Virus record (IMG/VR): IMGVR_UViG_3300021400_000034
Coordinates: 179,337 to 243,336 of that record
Source: a virus
Lineage: Duplodnaviria; Caudoviricetes
Reading direction: 5' to 3' (one strand)
Length of the DNA: 64,000 nt
Shown here: one piece after another, positions 1 through 9,379 of the stretch
Layout: each line of letters begins with the position of its first letter
How positions within the stretch are numbered: position 1 is the stretch's first letter
Program-made: the position numbers and the translations under genes
Notes under the pieces: generated by a model
Told to the model about the DNA's origin: nothing
The model's input: the letters and a program-made list of their open reading frames with translations, nothing else
Database searches by the model: none

Positions 1-2
1 AC

Positions 3-113
3 TGCTTCACTCGATACGTAGAGCAGTACAAAGCGCTAGAGCTCGCAAAGGTGAAGATGAAGCCTATCAAACCGAACGACAACGCCGAGACCGAAGAGGA
101 CGGCATAGACTAA
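3..113 (+). CDS. 3' end of a gene truncated by the window edge (...KPNDNAETEEDGID*)
   Basis: Open frame from base 3 to TAA at 111-113 with phage-like codon usage; next gene follows with an AAGGAG SD. Confidence 0.7.
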   Translation, partial: CFTRYVEQYKALELAKVKMKPIKPNDNAETEEDGID

Positions 114-124
114 AGGAGAAGAAG

Positions 125-337
125 ATGAACACCGACATCTACTGCGAAATCGACCAGAACCTCGTTGAAGAGATCTGCGTGCTGAAAGCCAAGAACTGCG
201 ATCTGGATCCAAATCCGAAGAGTCCGTTCGCTAAGTGGCTCAACAAGACGAAGAAGTGGCGTGAGAAGTGCATGAAGCGCATGCAGGAGAAGCCTTGGTC
301 GGCTAAGAAAGACGTCTGGATCGCTCCTATCAAATAA
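125..337 (+). CDS. hypothetical protein, 70 aa
   Basis: AAGGAG SD upstream; ORF track. Confidence 0.75.
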   Translation: MNTDIYCEIDQNLVEEICVLKAKNCDLDPNPKSPFAKWLNKTKKWREKCMKRMQEKPWSAKKDVWIAPIK

Positions 338-361
338 ATTGAGATTTTCTTGATTTTGAGG

Positions 362-390
362 TTTAGATTTCTCTGGTATTTTCTTATATT
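362..390 (+). promoter_or_regulatory. early-type promoter TTTAGA-N17-TATATT
   Basis: Same motif and 17-nt spacing recur at 8 intergenic sites; resembles T4 early GTTTAC -35. Confidence 0.75.
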
Positions 391-423
391 TACTATGTAA
401 GAAACAATAACAAGGAGCTACTC

Positions 424-687
424 ATGGCAAACATCGTCCTCGTCAAGAACCTCACCGCCGAAAAGACTATCAAGGAGCTCTTTAAGGCTGGTCTCTGCAG
501 CAACGCTCAACTTCTTCCGATGGTAAAAGACGGCGTCATCGGGTTCGCTCCTACTAAGGGGTTCGCCGAGTTCCTGAAGCGCTGCGAAGAGTGGAGGATG
601 CATGGTGAGTCCAAGACTACAGTCGACTGCGACGTCGCTCTCGGCAATCCTTCTGTCGAATATCGACACATCGAAATGGCCTTCTAA
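424..687 (+). CDS. hypothetical early protein, 87 aa
   Basis: Own promoter, AAGGAG SD and terminator. Confidence 0.8.
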   Translation: MANIVLVKNLTAEKTIKELFKAGLCSNAQLLPMVKDGVIGFAPTKGFAEFLKRCEEWRMHGESKTTVDCDVALGNPSVEYRHIEMAF

Positions 688-709
688 TAAGTTTTCTCAA
701 CCCCGCACG

Positions 710-746
710 AGACCCGAGCTACACCCTTTGCTCGGGTCTTATTTTT
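710..746 (+). terminator. intrinsic terminator
   Basis: agacccgagc/gctcgggtct stem, 10-nt loop, T-tract. Confidence 0.8.
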
Positions 747-749
747 GTT

Positions 750-757
750 GATAAATA
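750..757 (+). promoter_or_regulatory. late promoter variant GATAAATA, 4 nt before ATG
   Basis: One mismatch to the T4 gp55 box TATAAATA. Confidence 0.65.
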
Positions 758-761
758 CTTT

Positions 762-1304
762 ATGTCTACCTTTGCGAAGAACTACTATCAGGGAACTTTC
801 GTTCCAAAGCATCCGGAGAAGTGTCTCAACTACAACGGGAAGCTCTATCCCGACAAAGTTCTTCCTATAACTTACCGAAGCTCATGGGAGCAGATCTTGT
901 GCAACTTCTGCGACATGGAAGTGTATGTGCTAGCTTGGGGCTCTGAGGTCGTCGAGATTCCATACTACTCACAGATCGATCAGAAGACACACCGCTACGT
1001 TCTAGACTTTCTCATCATACTGAGGAACAAGCGTGGAGAACTGAAGAAGTGGGCTGTCGAAGTGAAGCCAGACAATCAGGCAGCTTATCTGGACAAGATG
1101 GGCAACGTGATCTACCCGCCAGCGCCGAAGAGAAAGACTCAGAAGGCGATGGCTAGATGGCAAGAGAAGTGCCGGGTCATCAGGAGAAACGCTGAGAAGT
1201 GGGACGCCGCGAAGGAATGGGCGAAGCGCCGTGGGTTCGAATTCTGTGTAAAGACAGAGAAAGAGATCTTCGGACTAGCTGGCGAGCACAGGGGCGATGT
1301 ATAA
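762..1304 (+). CDS. gp4: head completion nuclease (T4 gp4-like, TnsA-type PD-(D/E)XK)
   Basis: YQGxFxPxHPEK, YRSSWE, WxSE, IPY, HRYxxDF and EVKP motifs. Confidence 0.9.
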   Translation: MSTFAKNYYQGTFVPKHPEKCLNYNGKLYPDKVLPITYRSSWEQILCNFCDMEVYVLAWGSEVVEIPYYSQIDQKTHRYVLDFLIILRNKRGELKKWAVEVKPDNQAAYLDKMGNVIYPPAPKRKTQKAMARWQEKCRVIRRNAEKWDAAKEWAKRRGFEFCVKTEKEIFGLAGEHRGDV

Positions 1305-1307
1305 ATA
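1300..1307 (+). promoter_or_regulatory. late promoter TATAAATA, 4 nt before portal ATG
   Basis: Exact T4 late consensus. Confidence 0.8.
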
Positions 1308-1311
1308 ATCT

Positions 1312-2922
1312 ATGAACCTTAACTTTCTAAACTTTCTAAGCAGCAACTTTCTCAAGAACGAAGAGGACGCACAGACCCTTCGTGAGCTTGAGGCTAGAAA
1401 CAACTCAATCGGTCTAGACGAAGACCAGACGAACTGGGCATCCATTGGCGGCGGCTGGGGAATGACTAACGGCGACGCAGTCAACCCAGACCAGCAGTCG
1501 ATCCTGTTCGATTCAGTCTTCGAGAACAAGAAGCAGAGAATCGCTTTCTACCGCAGCATGTACAACTATCCTCTCGTCAAGAAGGCCGTCACTATGATGG
1601 TCGACGAGATGTGCAAGCCTAACGCCGAGAACGAGGTCGCTAGCTTCAACATAAACAAAGCTTTCTCCGCACAGTTCAACTCGACAGAGTATGCGTCACT
1701 CAAGAAGGAGTTCGACTACGTCATGAACTGCGTCATCGGTCAAGACAACGTCCACGACATGCTGAGACGTTGGCTCGTTGACGGCGAACAGTTCGTCGAG
1801 AACTGCGCATCCGACGACGGAAAGAAGCTAGTCGGCATCAAGGTCCTTCCTGCGTACTGCTCTCTAGTCATCTACGAAGAGGGCAAGGCTACTGGCTACA
1901 TTCAGGATCCTAGAATGATCGACCTGAACTCGACTGGCGAGATCAAGAAGTTCACGCTCGACCAGATCTCTTACTCGGACTACGGCCAGTGGGGCGCTAA
2001 CCGAAACGACGTGAGAGGACATCTTGATCCAGCTATCCGTCCGCTCAACCAGCTGAGAGCCATCGAGGACGCCCTCACGGTTACGAGAATCAACAGAGCT
2101 CCTGAGCGCAGACTCTGGAACGTCTACATCGGCAGAGCTAACGACGCTAAGGCTACTGCGATGGTCAACGACATCAAGAACAAGTACCGCAAGACCATGA
2201 CGATCGACCCGATAACGGGAATGATCCAGAGCTCCAAGAACGTTCAGAGCTTCACCGAAGACATCTTCGTCGGAAAGACAGACCAAGGCAACGGCACTAC
2301 GATCGAGCCGATCAAGTCCTCGACCGAGTTCAACGGACAGATGGACGACGTGAAAATGTTCCAGCAGCAAGTCATGGACGCTCTTCTCACACCTTCGATC
2401 CGCTGGGCGGAAGGAGAAGGCGGTGGCGGTCAGTACGCTGTCGCTCCCGAGCAGCAGCTCTCTGAGATCACTTACCAGGAGATGTGCCGCAGACTCGGAC
2501 AGAGATACTGCAACCAGATCATCAAGCACACTTTCATAGTCCACCTCAAGATGTGCGGATTCAAGACTAAGTACTTGGATCCAGCTCTATACAACATCAC
2601 CCTCAACGGCGCAAACAACTTCGAGAAGATCAGGCAGTTAGCCGTATGGGAGAAGATGGGTGGAATCTTGGGTCAGCTCCAGACGATGCTTCCGTCTCTG
2701 GCTAACGCTAAGGCTGACTCCGAAGAAGCTAAGCCGCTCATCTCTCGCCAGTATCTCTACGAGAACATTCTGCACATGAGCGACGCCGACATACTGAAGA
2801 ATCAGCAGTGCATCAAGGAAGAGTGCGAAGCTCTCCTAGAAGATGCAAAGGCTGCACAAGAAGAAGCTGCACCTGAAGACCAGGATGAAGATCTAGAAGG
2901 CGGAGATGACATAGGGTTCTAA
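1312..2922 (+). CDS. gp20: portal protein (T4 gp20-like)
   Basis: RRWLVDG, AIRPLNQLRAIEDAL..RINRAPERR and TEDIF motifs; 536 aa. Confidence 0.95.
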   Translation: MNLNFLNFLSSNFLKNEEDAQTLRELEARNNSIGLDEDQTNWASIGGGWGMTNGDAVNPDQQSILFDSVFENKKQRIAFYRSMYNYPLVKKAVTMMVDEMCKPNAENEVASFNINKAFSAQFNSTEYASLKKEFDYVMNCVIGQDNVHDMLRRWLVDGEQFVENCASDDGKKLVGIKVLPAYCSLVIYEEGKATGYIQDPRMIDLNSTGEIKKFTLDQISYSDYGQWGANRNDVRGHLDPAIRPLNQLRAIEDALTVTRINRAPERRLWNVYIGRANDAKATAMVNDIKNKYRKTMTIDPITGMIQSSKNVQSFTEDIFVGKTDQGNGTTIEPIKSSTEFNGQMDDVKMFQQQVMDALLTPSIRWAEGEGGGGQYAVAPEQQLSEITYQEMCRRLGQRYCNQIIKHTFIVHLKMCGFKTKYLDPALYNITLNGANNFEKIRQLAVWEKMGGILGQLQTMLPSLANAKADSEEAKPLISRQYLYENILHMSDADILKNQQCIKEECEALLEDAKAAQEEAAPEDQDEDLEGGDDIGF

Positions 2923-2944
2923 AGTTTCGTGATAGGAGGTTTCC

Positions 2945-3688
2945 GTGAAGTACTCGCTAGCTGACTGCAACATGTTGTACAAGTTCTTCAACAAGGACTT
3001 CTTTCAGGAAGAACTAGGACAGAAGCTCGGACGCTGCAAGATCTTCACGGACGTCGGCGAAGCGGTTCAGGCATTCGGAAACGAAGATTACGATTCGCTG
3101 AGCGGAATCTCTAAGTATGACAACGGAAAGTCGTGGATCTGGATCAATAAGTATCTCTTAGAAAACAAGAAGCTTCTCTCCAACACGATCCTTCACGAGA
3201 TGATCCATCTCTACGTTGCTATAGTCGATCCAGACACTCGCTACTATCGTCTAGGACACGGCGCACTGTGGACCAAGGTCGCCAACTACGCTACTAGCAT
3301 CTACGGACACAAGATCGGAAAGATCGACAGGTTCGCAGACGAGAGCGAACAAGAGCGCAAGGAGCACTACAAGCTCATGCACACGACCAAGACCTTGGCT
3401 AACACGTTCATCGTGGTGCTGAGGTCTAGAGATCTAGTTCCAGTGAAGGATCTGACGCCAGAGCAGATCTCTGAGATCCAGAAGACGGACGCTAGAGCTA
3501 TCTTCAAAGTGAAGCCTACGCTAGAGCAGTCGGCGAAGACGAGAGTGAAGAACTACGCTACCTTCGACATGCTCATGGACGACATCAAGTACGGAATCTC
3601 CTATGACGAAGAGCTCATGTACCAGGAGCTTGACCTGAAGCTCGGGACGGACTCTGAGAGAATATGGATAAACCCTAAGAACAAATGA
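2945..3688 (+). CDS. SprT-like Zn metalloprotease
   Basis: TILHEMIH followed by GHGxxW; GGAGG SD, GTG start. Confidence 0.75.
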   Translation: MKYSLADCNMLYKFFNKDFFQEELGQKLGRCKIFTDVGEAVQAFGNEDYDSLSGISKYDNGKSWIWINKYLLENKKLLSNTILHEMIHLYVAIVDPDTRYYRLGHGALWTKVANYATSIYGHKIGKIDRFADESEQERKEHYKLMHTTKTLANTFIVVLRSRDLVPVKDLTPEQISEIQKTDARAIFKVKPTLEQSAKTRVKNYATFDMLMDDIKYGISYDEELMYQELDLKLGTDSERIWINPKNK

Positions 3689-3720
3689 ATGTAAAATCTG
3701 CTTAACAGACAGAAAAGAAG

Positions 3721-3749
3721 TTTACAAATGGTGCTAAACGTATTATATT
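3721..3749 (+). promoter_or_regulatory. early-type promoter TTTACA-N17-TATATT overlapping an inverted repeat
   Basis: Motif match; ggtgctaa (3730-3737) / ttagcacc (3762-3769). Confidence 0.7.
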
Positions 3750-3807
3750 GTCTATATGATGTTAGCACCGAGAGTATAAATGAACTATAACTCAAGGAAG
3801 AGCTGAC

Positions 3808-4104
3808 ATGAACAAGACTATCACGGTCGACACTCTAGATATGGTAAAACTAGACAACGGCTCACACAACTGCGTGGCTATCTTCAAAGCAGTCATCAAC
3901 GACTGCATCAGGATCACCGGAGTGAAGCTGTTCAATGATCCAAGCACAGACAAATGGTGGCTGAAGTTCCCAGTAAATGAGAGCAATCACAAGAAGTTAC
4001 CCTTTTTCTCGTTCGTGAATCGCGACGACTACCAGTATCTGCTGGAGTGCGCCATGAACGAATTTCTAGGTAACTCAGATGAAGAAGAAGCACACATGGG
4101 CTAA
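3808..4104 (+). CDS. spoVG: SpoVG-like nucleic-acid-binding protein
   Basis: AxxxxxINDCIRITGVKL...WLKFP...F.FVNRD pattern; 98 aa. Confidence 0.7.
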   Translation: MNKTITVDTLDMVKLDNGSHNCVAIFKAVINDCIRITGVKLFNDPSTDKWWLKFPVNESNHKKLPFFSFVNRDDYQYLLECAMNEFLGNSDEEEAHMG

Positions 4105-4576
4105 TGCTATCCCAAAGACGAGGCGAGAGAAGGACATCATCCGTATCGCCAAGAACCCGGACGAGTTCAAGCGCATGAAAGACTTGCTCGAGTCCGCTAC
4201 CCGCGTAACAGACAATATCAGTAAGTACAACCAAGAGGCGTTCAAGAGCGTCGAGGAGATCCTCGCTTTTGTCACCTGCAGAATCTCAGACGAGCTCCCG
4301 AGAAAGGATGTTCTGATCGAAGAGCTATACAAAATGCAGGAGCGCTATGAAGAACGAATCTTACCTGACGAAGGAAGTAGTGAAGATACCACAGTTTGTG
4401 GTGGGCGGGGAGTACAAGGACGAACAGGGGAACGAGTACCGAGTTCTGTCGATAACGGGGGACATGATGGAGGCGAAGTTCAACTTCGTGAAGAAGCGCT
4501 TCAAGATCATTCCGTACGGGTCGGTGATGGGTGCGATGAACAGCGGCAGAGTCTGGTTCAAGAGCGCCAAGAATGA
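4079..4576 (+). CDS. hypothetical protein with a long 3' overlap of the next gene
   Basis: First ~90 codons have phage-like usage; tail overlaps 4347-4766. Confidence 0.6.
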   Translation: MKKKHTWANAIPKTRREKDIIRIAKNPDEFKRMKDLLESATRVTDNISKYNQEAFKSVEEILAFVTCRISDELPRKDVLIEELYKMQERYEERILPDEGSSEDTTVCGGRGVQGRTGERVPSSVDNGGHDGGEVQLREEALQDHSVRVGDGCDEQRQSLVQERQE

Positions 4577-4766
4577 TCCGAGCCTGATCGAGGCAGACGA
4601 GAGCTGCAACATTGTTCCACGCGGAAAGTACAACAAGCTCACCAAGATGACGCCGGAAGAGAAGAGAGCTTACCGTCGCGAGAGAGCCAGAAAGCGCAGA
4701 AGAGCGAGAAGGGCTGCGAAAGCTGCTATAAATAACACAGAACACTCTACAGAGGAGCACAACTAA
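4347..4766 (+). CDS. hypothetical protein with Arg-rich C-terminus
   Basis: AGGAG SD; RRERARKRRRARR tail. Confidence 0.75.
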   Translation: MKNESYLTKEVVKIPQFVVGGEYKDEQGNEYRVLSITGDMMEAKFNFVKKRFKIIPYGSVMGAMNSGRVWFKSAKNDPSLIEADESCNIVPRGKYNKLTKMTPEEKRAYRRERARKRRRARRAAKAAINNTEHSTEEHN

Positions 4767-4767
4767 T

Positions 4768-5724
4768 ATGGCATTCAGTGATTTTCTACACGATCACGAA
4801 ATGAAGAAGTCTCGGAGAGCTGAAGAGTTCGAAGTACCCGAGATCGAAGAGAACTATGAGGAAACTCCTAGAAGACCCGTACACGAGGTCGAAGAAGACG
4901 AAGTTCCGGCCGAGGATCGCAAGATCTTGAACGAAGTAGACTTCTACAAGAGCCGCCTCTATAAGAAGATCGACTCTTGCTTCCTGCGCTACGGTCTAGA
5001 AGGTCTGAAGCGCATCGACGAAGGAATCGCTAACTCGATCGCTAAGTACATCGACAGCCTGAAGGGAGGAAACCGATTTGAAGAGCGTCAGCCAGTCCGT
5101 GAGAGATACACTCCGAACTTCCGTCGTCCTCCTGATCGCGTCAGATACCGCGACGAAGAGCTTGACGAGGCTGAAGACGAGATTCCGCCTAAGCCAGCTC
5201 CTAAGCCGTTCAAGAAGCCACAGAAGATCGAAGGATCTAACCCGAATCCAGCTCCAGTCAGAAGACTTGGCGAGCCAAAGCTAGAGAGCAGCGCATTCAA
5301 TCCAGATCTTCTCAACGCTATCCTGACAGACGTCATCCCGCCTACCGAGATACACGAGGTCGAAGTCAAGAGCAACATCCCTCGTCCTGAACAGAGACAG
5401 AAGCCAGTCGAAGAGAAGGTAGATTTCGCTCCTATGCCTGAACCGGAGGTCGAAGATGTTCCTCTCGTAGAGGAACCGACTATCGAAGAATCTGTTGAAC
5501 AGCCGCAAGAACAGCCAGAGCAGACTTACGACATCGCTGACGAGATGCTCGCTGGAGTTCAGACCGAAGATGTAGATCTGTTCGTCCCGCCCGTCATCGA
5601 AGAAGACACGCCAGAGACGTTCACGTCAGAAGAAGAGCTTGACGCTCCGATCGTAGAGTCTGAGACTCAGACGCCGATCGAGATGCCAGCTCCTCAGCCA
5701 AGAAAGAGAAAGAAGAAGAAATGA
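4768..5724 (+). CDS. acidic Pro/Glu-rich late protein with capsid-targeting-like N-terminus
   Basis: TATAAATA at 4727-4734; GAGGAG SD; MAFSDFLHDHE start. Confidence 0.75.
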   Translation: MAFSDFLHDHEMKKSRRAEEFEVPEIEENYEETPRRPVHEVEEDEVPAEDRKILNEVDFYKSRLYKKIDSCFLRYGLEGLKRIDEGIANSIAKYIDSLKGGNRFEERQPVRERYTPNFRRPPDRVRYRDEELDEAEDEIPPKPAPKPFKKPQKIEGSNPNPAPVRRLGEPKLESSAFNPDLLNAILTDVIPPTEIHEVEVKSNIPRPEQRQKPVEEKVDFAPMPEPEVEDVPLVEEPTIEESVEQPQEQPEQTYDIADEMLAGVQTEDVDLFVPPVIEEDTPETFTSEEELDAPIVESETQTPIEMPAPQPRKRKKKK

Positions 5725-5915
5725 GCACTATCCCGTTAGAAGAGCTAGAGAATCAACCTTTCGTGCAGGCCCACAAGGACCTGTACAAGGTAGCTCTTGA
5801 GCGTGGAAAGTACTCGGACAGAGCCTTCTGGGAGGAAATGGATCCCGAGCAGAAGGAAGCTATCCAAGAGCAGATGAAAAAGTACGGAACGAAGCCCGTT
5901 TGGAGATTGCTGTGA
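5721..5915 (+). CDS. hypothetical protein, 64 aa
   Basis: ATGA coupling to upstream gene. Confidence 0.7.
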   Translation: MSTIPLEELENQPFVQAHKDLYKVALERGKYSDRAFWEEMDPEQKEAIQEQMKKYGTKPVWRLL

Positions 5916-6457
5916 GCCTAGATATTCTAAATGTCTGTTTTAGGCGCCTAGAAGAGGCCTCTGGAGGCGACAACAAGCACTTCCTTGAGAAACTACAGCG
6001 TAACTGCAAAATGGCCGTAGCGGCTCTAGAATCAGACAATGTGATCGCCGAGGCACAGTCGTCTGTGAAGACCCTGAAGGCGATGAACAAGAAGATCTCC
6101 ATGTCGACGCACCTCAGAACGATCGACAACATTCTAGTCTACGTCTTCTTGAAGAATCTCATGACTGCTCCGTCCACGACGAAAGCCTACAAGCTGGGTC
6201 TGATCGACAAGGAAGGAAACCTGCTCCGTGAGCCGAAGACGCAAGAAGAGAATGACTGCATATCGAACCTAGACCTGTTCATCGGAAAGCTCAGAACCTG
6301 GCTAAGACCTTACATGTCCCGTCTGTCGAAGATGGCATGGGTCAAGAGCATGGACGCATCCTATCGCGTCCAGAACGCGCTCGGAAACGCCGAGTCGCTA
6401 TCCAAGAGAGCCACAGTGCTACGCGTCAACGACGAACTAGACAAGCTGCTGAAATGA
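5912..6457 (+). CDS. conserved hypothetical protein of T4-like myoviruses (AYKLGxID family)
   Basis: TKAYKLGLIDKEGNLLREP motif; GTG start coupled to upstream stop. Confidence 0.65.
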   Translation: MSLDILNVCFRRLEEASGGDNKHFLEKLQRNCKMAVAALESDNVIAEAQSSVKTLKAMNKKISMSTHLRTIDNILVYVFLKNLMTAPSTTKAYKLGLIDKEGNLLREPKTQEENDCISNLDLFIGKLRTWLRPYMSRLSKMAWVKSMDASYRVQNALGNAESLSKRATVLRVNDELDKLLK

Positions 6458-6678
6458 GTTGCCCAGTCTGCGACAGAGCTTTCAAGCAATACGGCTTCTC
6501 CCTGAAGCCAGGTCTCAAGTGCTACACTGGAACCGCTCAAGCTTGCTGTCCGAAGAAGGTCATCGTCACTTCGTTCAGCGCGAGTGAAGTGAAGTTCACG
6601 ACTAAGGACGGCGTCGAGCACTCAAAGCCGTTCATCGAGTTCATGAAGTCGTCTTGGATAGATAGAACTTCGCTATAA
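6454..6678 (+). CDS. small Cys-rich hypothetical protein (MSCPVC...)
   Basis: ATGA overlap with upstream stop; CxxC and CC. Confidence 0.7.
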   Translation: MSCPVCDRAFKQYGFSLKPGLKCYTGTAQACCPKKVIVTSFSASEVKFTTKDGVEHSKPFIEFMKSSWIDRTSL

Positions 6679-6717
6679 TTTTCTATATTGTCTCTGAACT
6701 GAATTCAGGAGATCAAT

Positions 6718-8574
6718 ATGGATCTTAACTTTGTATTGTTAACAAAATGTTACGATAAGTACGACCTTCAGTACTGGCTGGAGTACCATCACAAGAGATT
6801 CACAGACGCTAGATTCACGATAGTCGACAACGAGTCGATCGTAGACGTCCGCAGAGTCGCTGACAGTGTTCTAGGTCCAGAAAAATACAGATATCTTCGC
6901 ATCAACGGATTTCCAAACCAGAAGAAACTCTATGCTGACTTGATGAACGACCAGTATGGTCACATCTTCTGGCACGGCGAGGTCGTCGCATTCTTCGACG
7001 ATGACGAGTACTTCTACCTGCATGACCCTAACGCTGACGACAAGGACTTCGACTACGAGGAAGTCCTAGAGAAAGCTTTCGAGTACGAGAAGGATTATGA
7101 AGGATGGGACTGGACGAAGTATGACACTCTCTGCATTCCTCACATAAACATGTCGAGCAATCCGCTCTTAGACGACCGCAACACTTCTGCAAGCATGCCG
7201 TTCATTCTCACTAACCGCAGAGATGACAAGACAGCTACGGTCAAGTGCCTAGTCAGATACGATTCGTCCAACGAGTACGAGTGGAAGGTTCAGGAAGGAG
7301 TCGATGAAGCTGGTCACGTCCCGTTCGTCAACGGAAAGAGAAACGCTGCAGTCTTCACGGCATGGTATGACAAGAAGAAAGGACAGGTCGTCGCTCAGTC
7401 GTGGCCGCTAGGAAACACTTCGTTCGCAGAAGTCGACTACAACAGCAACGTCCGTCTCTACCACTATCATCTCAAGTCTAGATGGGACTGGGACCAGAAG
7501 ATCAAGCGCGGCTCTTGCTCTAGCCTGATTCCTTGGTACTCTGACAAGATCGAAGAGAACTGCTTCTACGACCACTACGACATCGTCGACAACAGCATGT
7601 GCGTCGAGTTCAACAGATTCGTCAATCCCGATGTCGTAGAGACGTTCCACGAAGTCTGGAATCCTATTGAAGAGAACGAGACGACTAAGAGACGTGATGC
7701 GCACGATCCGGAGTGGGACAAGATGCCTCACAAGATCAACTACGAGGACATCCGCTTCGCTAAGTCGTTCGAACAGAAGAGAAAGATGGGTGAGTTGTGG
7801 ATCACACAGAACTGCCCGACCATAGACCTTGCATGTCCAGGATCTAACTTAGCGAACCAGATCAACTACTGGAAGCTGAACGACATGAACCCGAAGAAAG
7901 TTCTCTGGGCTGACAAGTGCGCAGTCTACAAAGAGCTCTACGATCTAGGCCTAGAGAACATCAGAATTCCTATCCTGTACGAGAAGTACAAGCCGTCTGA
8001 CAGCGACATCCGAGAGGTGATCGACTGCCTCTGCGTCAGAAACGACTGTATTCTCAAGTGCAACCACGCGTCTGGGTACAACATCAGATTCAACGCTCTC
8101 GAAGGAGTAAACACAGACTTCCTTGTGAAGAAGATCCGCACCTGGCTAGACACTAACTACGCTTACATAGCTGGGTACGAGTGGCACTATGAGCCGATCG
8201 TTCCAGCTATTCTCGTCCAGCCGTCTCTGACACGCAAGGACGTCGTCCCTATCGACTACCAGTTCTACTGCGTAGAAGGTAAGATCGTCGCTATCGAGAT
8301 TCAACGCAAGGTCAGCAAGGTCCTCATCGAGCACCTCGCATTCACCGACGAAGATGGAAACGATCTGGACTGGTGCTTGGGCAGCTGGCCTCTCCAGCAC
8401 GGACTAGGAAAAGAACAGAAGGAAGCCGTCGAAGCGATGAAGCCAGTCGTGAAGAAGATAGCGTCTCAGTTCACGTTCGTTCGAGTCGACCTGTTCTGGA
8501 TCAACAAGCGCATCTACTTCTGCGAGACCACGTTCTGTCCTTCATCCGGAGTTCTCGACTATCAAGAACGGTGA
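6718..8574 (+). CDS. GT-A glycosyltransferase fused to a TupA-like ATP-grasp domain
   Basis: N-terminal WLEYHH, IVDNES, FFDDDEY, HYHLKS; C-terminal ADK, KCNHASG, EWHY, IDYQFYC, FVRVDLF, IYFCETTFCPSSG. Confidence 0.85.
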   Translation: MDLNFVLLTKCYDKYDLQYWLEYHHKRFTDARFTIVDNESIVDVRRVADSVLGPEKYRYLRINGFPNQKKLYADLMNDQYGHIFWHGEVVAFFDDDEYFYLHDPNADDKDFDYEEVLEKAFEYEKDYEGWDWTKYDTLCIPHINMSSNPLLDDRNTSASMPFILTNRRDDKTATVKCLVRYDSSNEYEWKVQEGVDEAGHVPFVNGKRNAAVFTAWYDKKKGQVVAQSWPLGNTSFAEVDYNSNVRLYHYHLKSRWDWDQKIKRGSCSSLIPWYSDKIEENCFYDHYDIVDNSMCVEFNRFVNPDVVETFHEVWNPIEENETTKRRDAHDPEWDKMPHKINYEDIRFAKSFEQKRKMGELWITQNCPTIDLACPGSNLANQINYWKLNDMNPKKVLWADKCAVYKELYDLGLENIRIPILYEKYKPSDSDIREVIDCLCVRNDCILKCNHASGYNIRFNALEGVNTDFLVKKIRTWLDTNYAYIAGYEWHYEPIVPAILVQPSLTRKDVVPIDYQFYCVEGKIVAIEIQRKVSKVLIEHLAFTDEDGNDLDWCLGSWPLQHGLGKEQKEAVEAMKPVVKKIASQFTFVRVDLFWINKRIYFCETTFCPSSGVLDYQER

Positions 8575-8584
8575 TAAATAATGT

Positions 8585-9379
8585 ATGCTAGACAGTAGAT
8601 TCATATACGACGTAGACGCGACGACGCTTCCGCTCTCTAGGGATCTCTTGAAGTCCTGCATAGACAGCAAGCCGATTTTCTCGTTCGTGCTGTGCAAGTA
8701 TGAGAACCTGATTACGACGATCAACACTATCAACCGTTCGCCAGAGATCTCTGGAACGCTGAACGGCAATGTCTTGTTCGACACGATCAACAGCCCGGAG
8801 ACGAGCTATGACTGTGTCATCAAGATCGAGGGTCTGAAGTCTACCGAGGACAACTACCTCAACAATGTGCTACGCTCTAACGAGAACTGCACTTGGACGG
8901 ACTTCAAGACATACTCGAGCATGCTCAGATCCGAGATCAAGGGCATGAAAGAGACCGTGTTCAAGAAGGCTCTCTGGAACAAGGACAACATCGACTCCTG
9001 GTTCGACAGCTCGACGATGCAGCTTCCAGACAGCGTCCGAGATGGACTCGCGAACGACTGGAACGTCTTCAAGGCGACAGTCATCAGATCTAAAGACCTA
9101 GATGCTTTCGTCTCGGCATGCTCAGACGACGCTAAGAACCAGTACATCAGCTTGATCTACAAGAACGCGAAGAATCTGCTCGACCGCTACAAGGTCGAGC
9201 TCATGGCGCACGTCCAGCAGCAGAACAAGAACGACGAGAACGTGACTATCTCTAAGCCCGTCGTATCGAAGATATACATAATGTCAAACAACTACGCAAG
9301 ATGTCAGAAGGAGTGGCCGACTCTCAGAGTCGCTCCGCTGAACAAGAAGAACTTAGAAACACTGGGGCTGTATCTGTGA
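8585..9379 (+). CDS. hypothetical late protein, 264 aa
   Basis: GATAAATA (8573-8580) 4 nt before ATG. Confidence 0.75.
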   Translation: MLDSRFIYDVDATTLPLSRDLLKSCIDSKPIFSFVLCKYENLITTINTINRSPEISGTLNGNVLFDTINSPETSYDCVIKIEGLKSTEDNYLNNVLRSNENCTWTDFKTYSSMLRSEIKGMKETVFKKALWNKDNIDSWFDSSTMQLPDSVRDGLANDWNVFKATVIRSKDLDAFVSACSDDAKNQYISLIYKNAKNLLDRYKVELMAHVQQQNKNDENVTISKPVVSKIYIMSNNYARCQKEWPTLRVAPLNKKNLETLGLYL

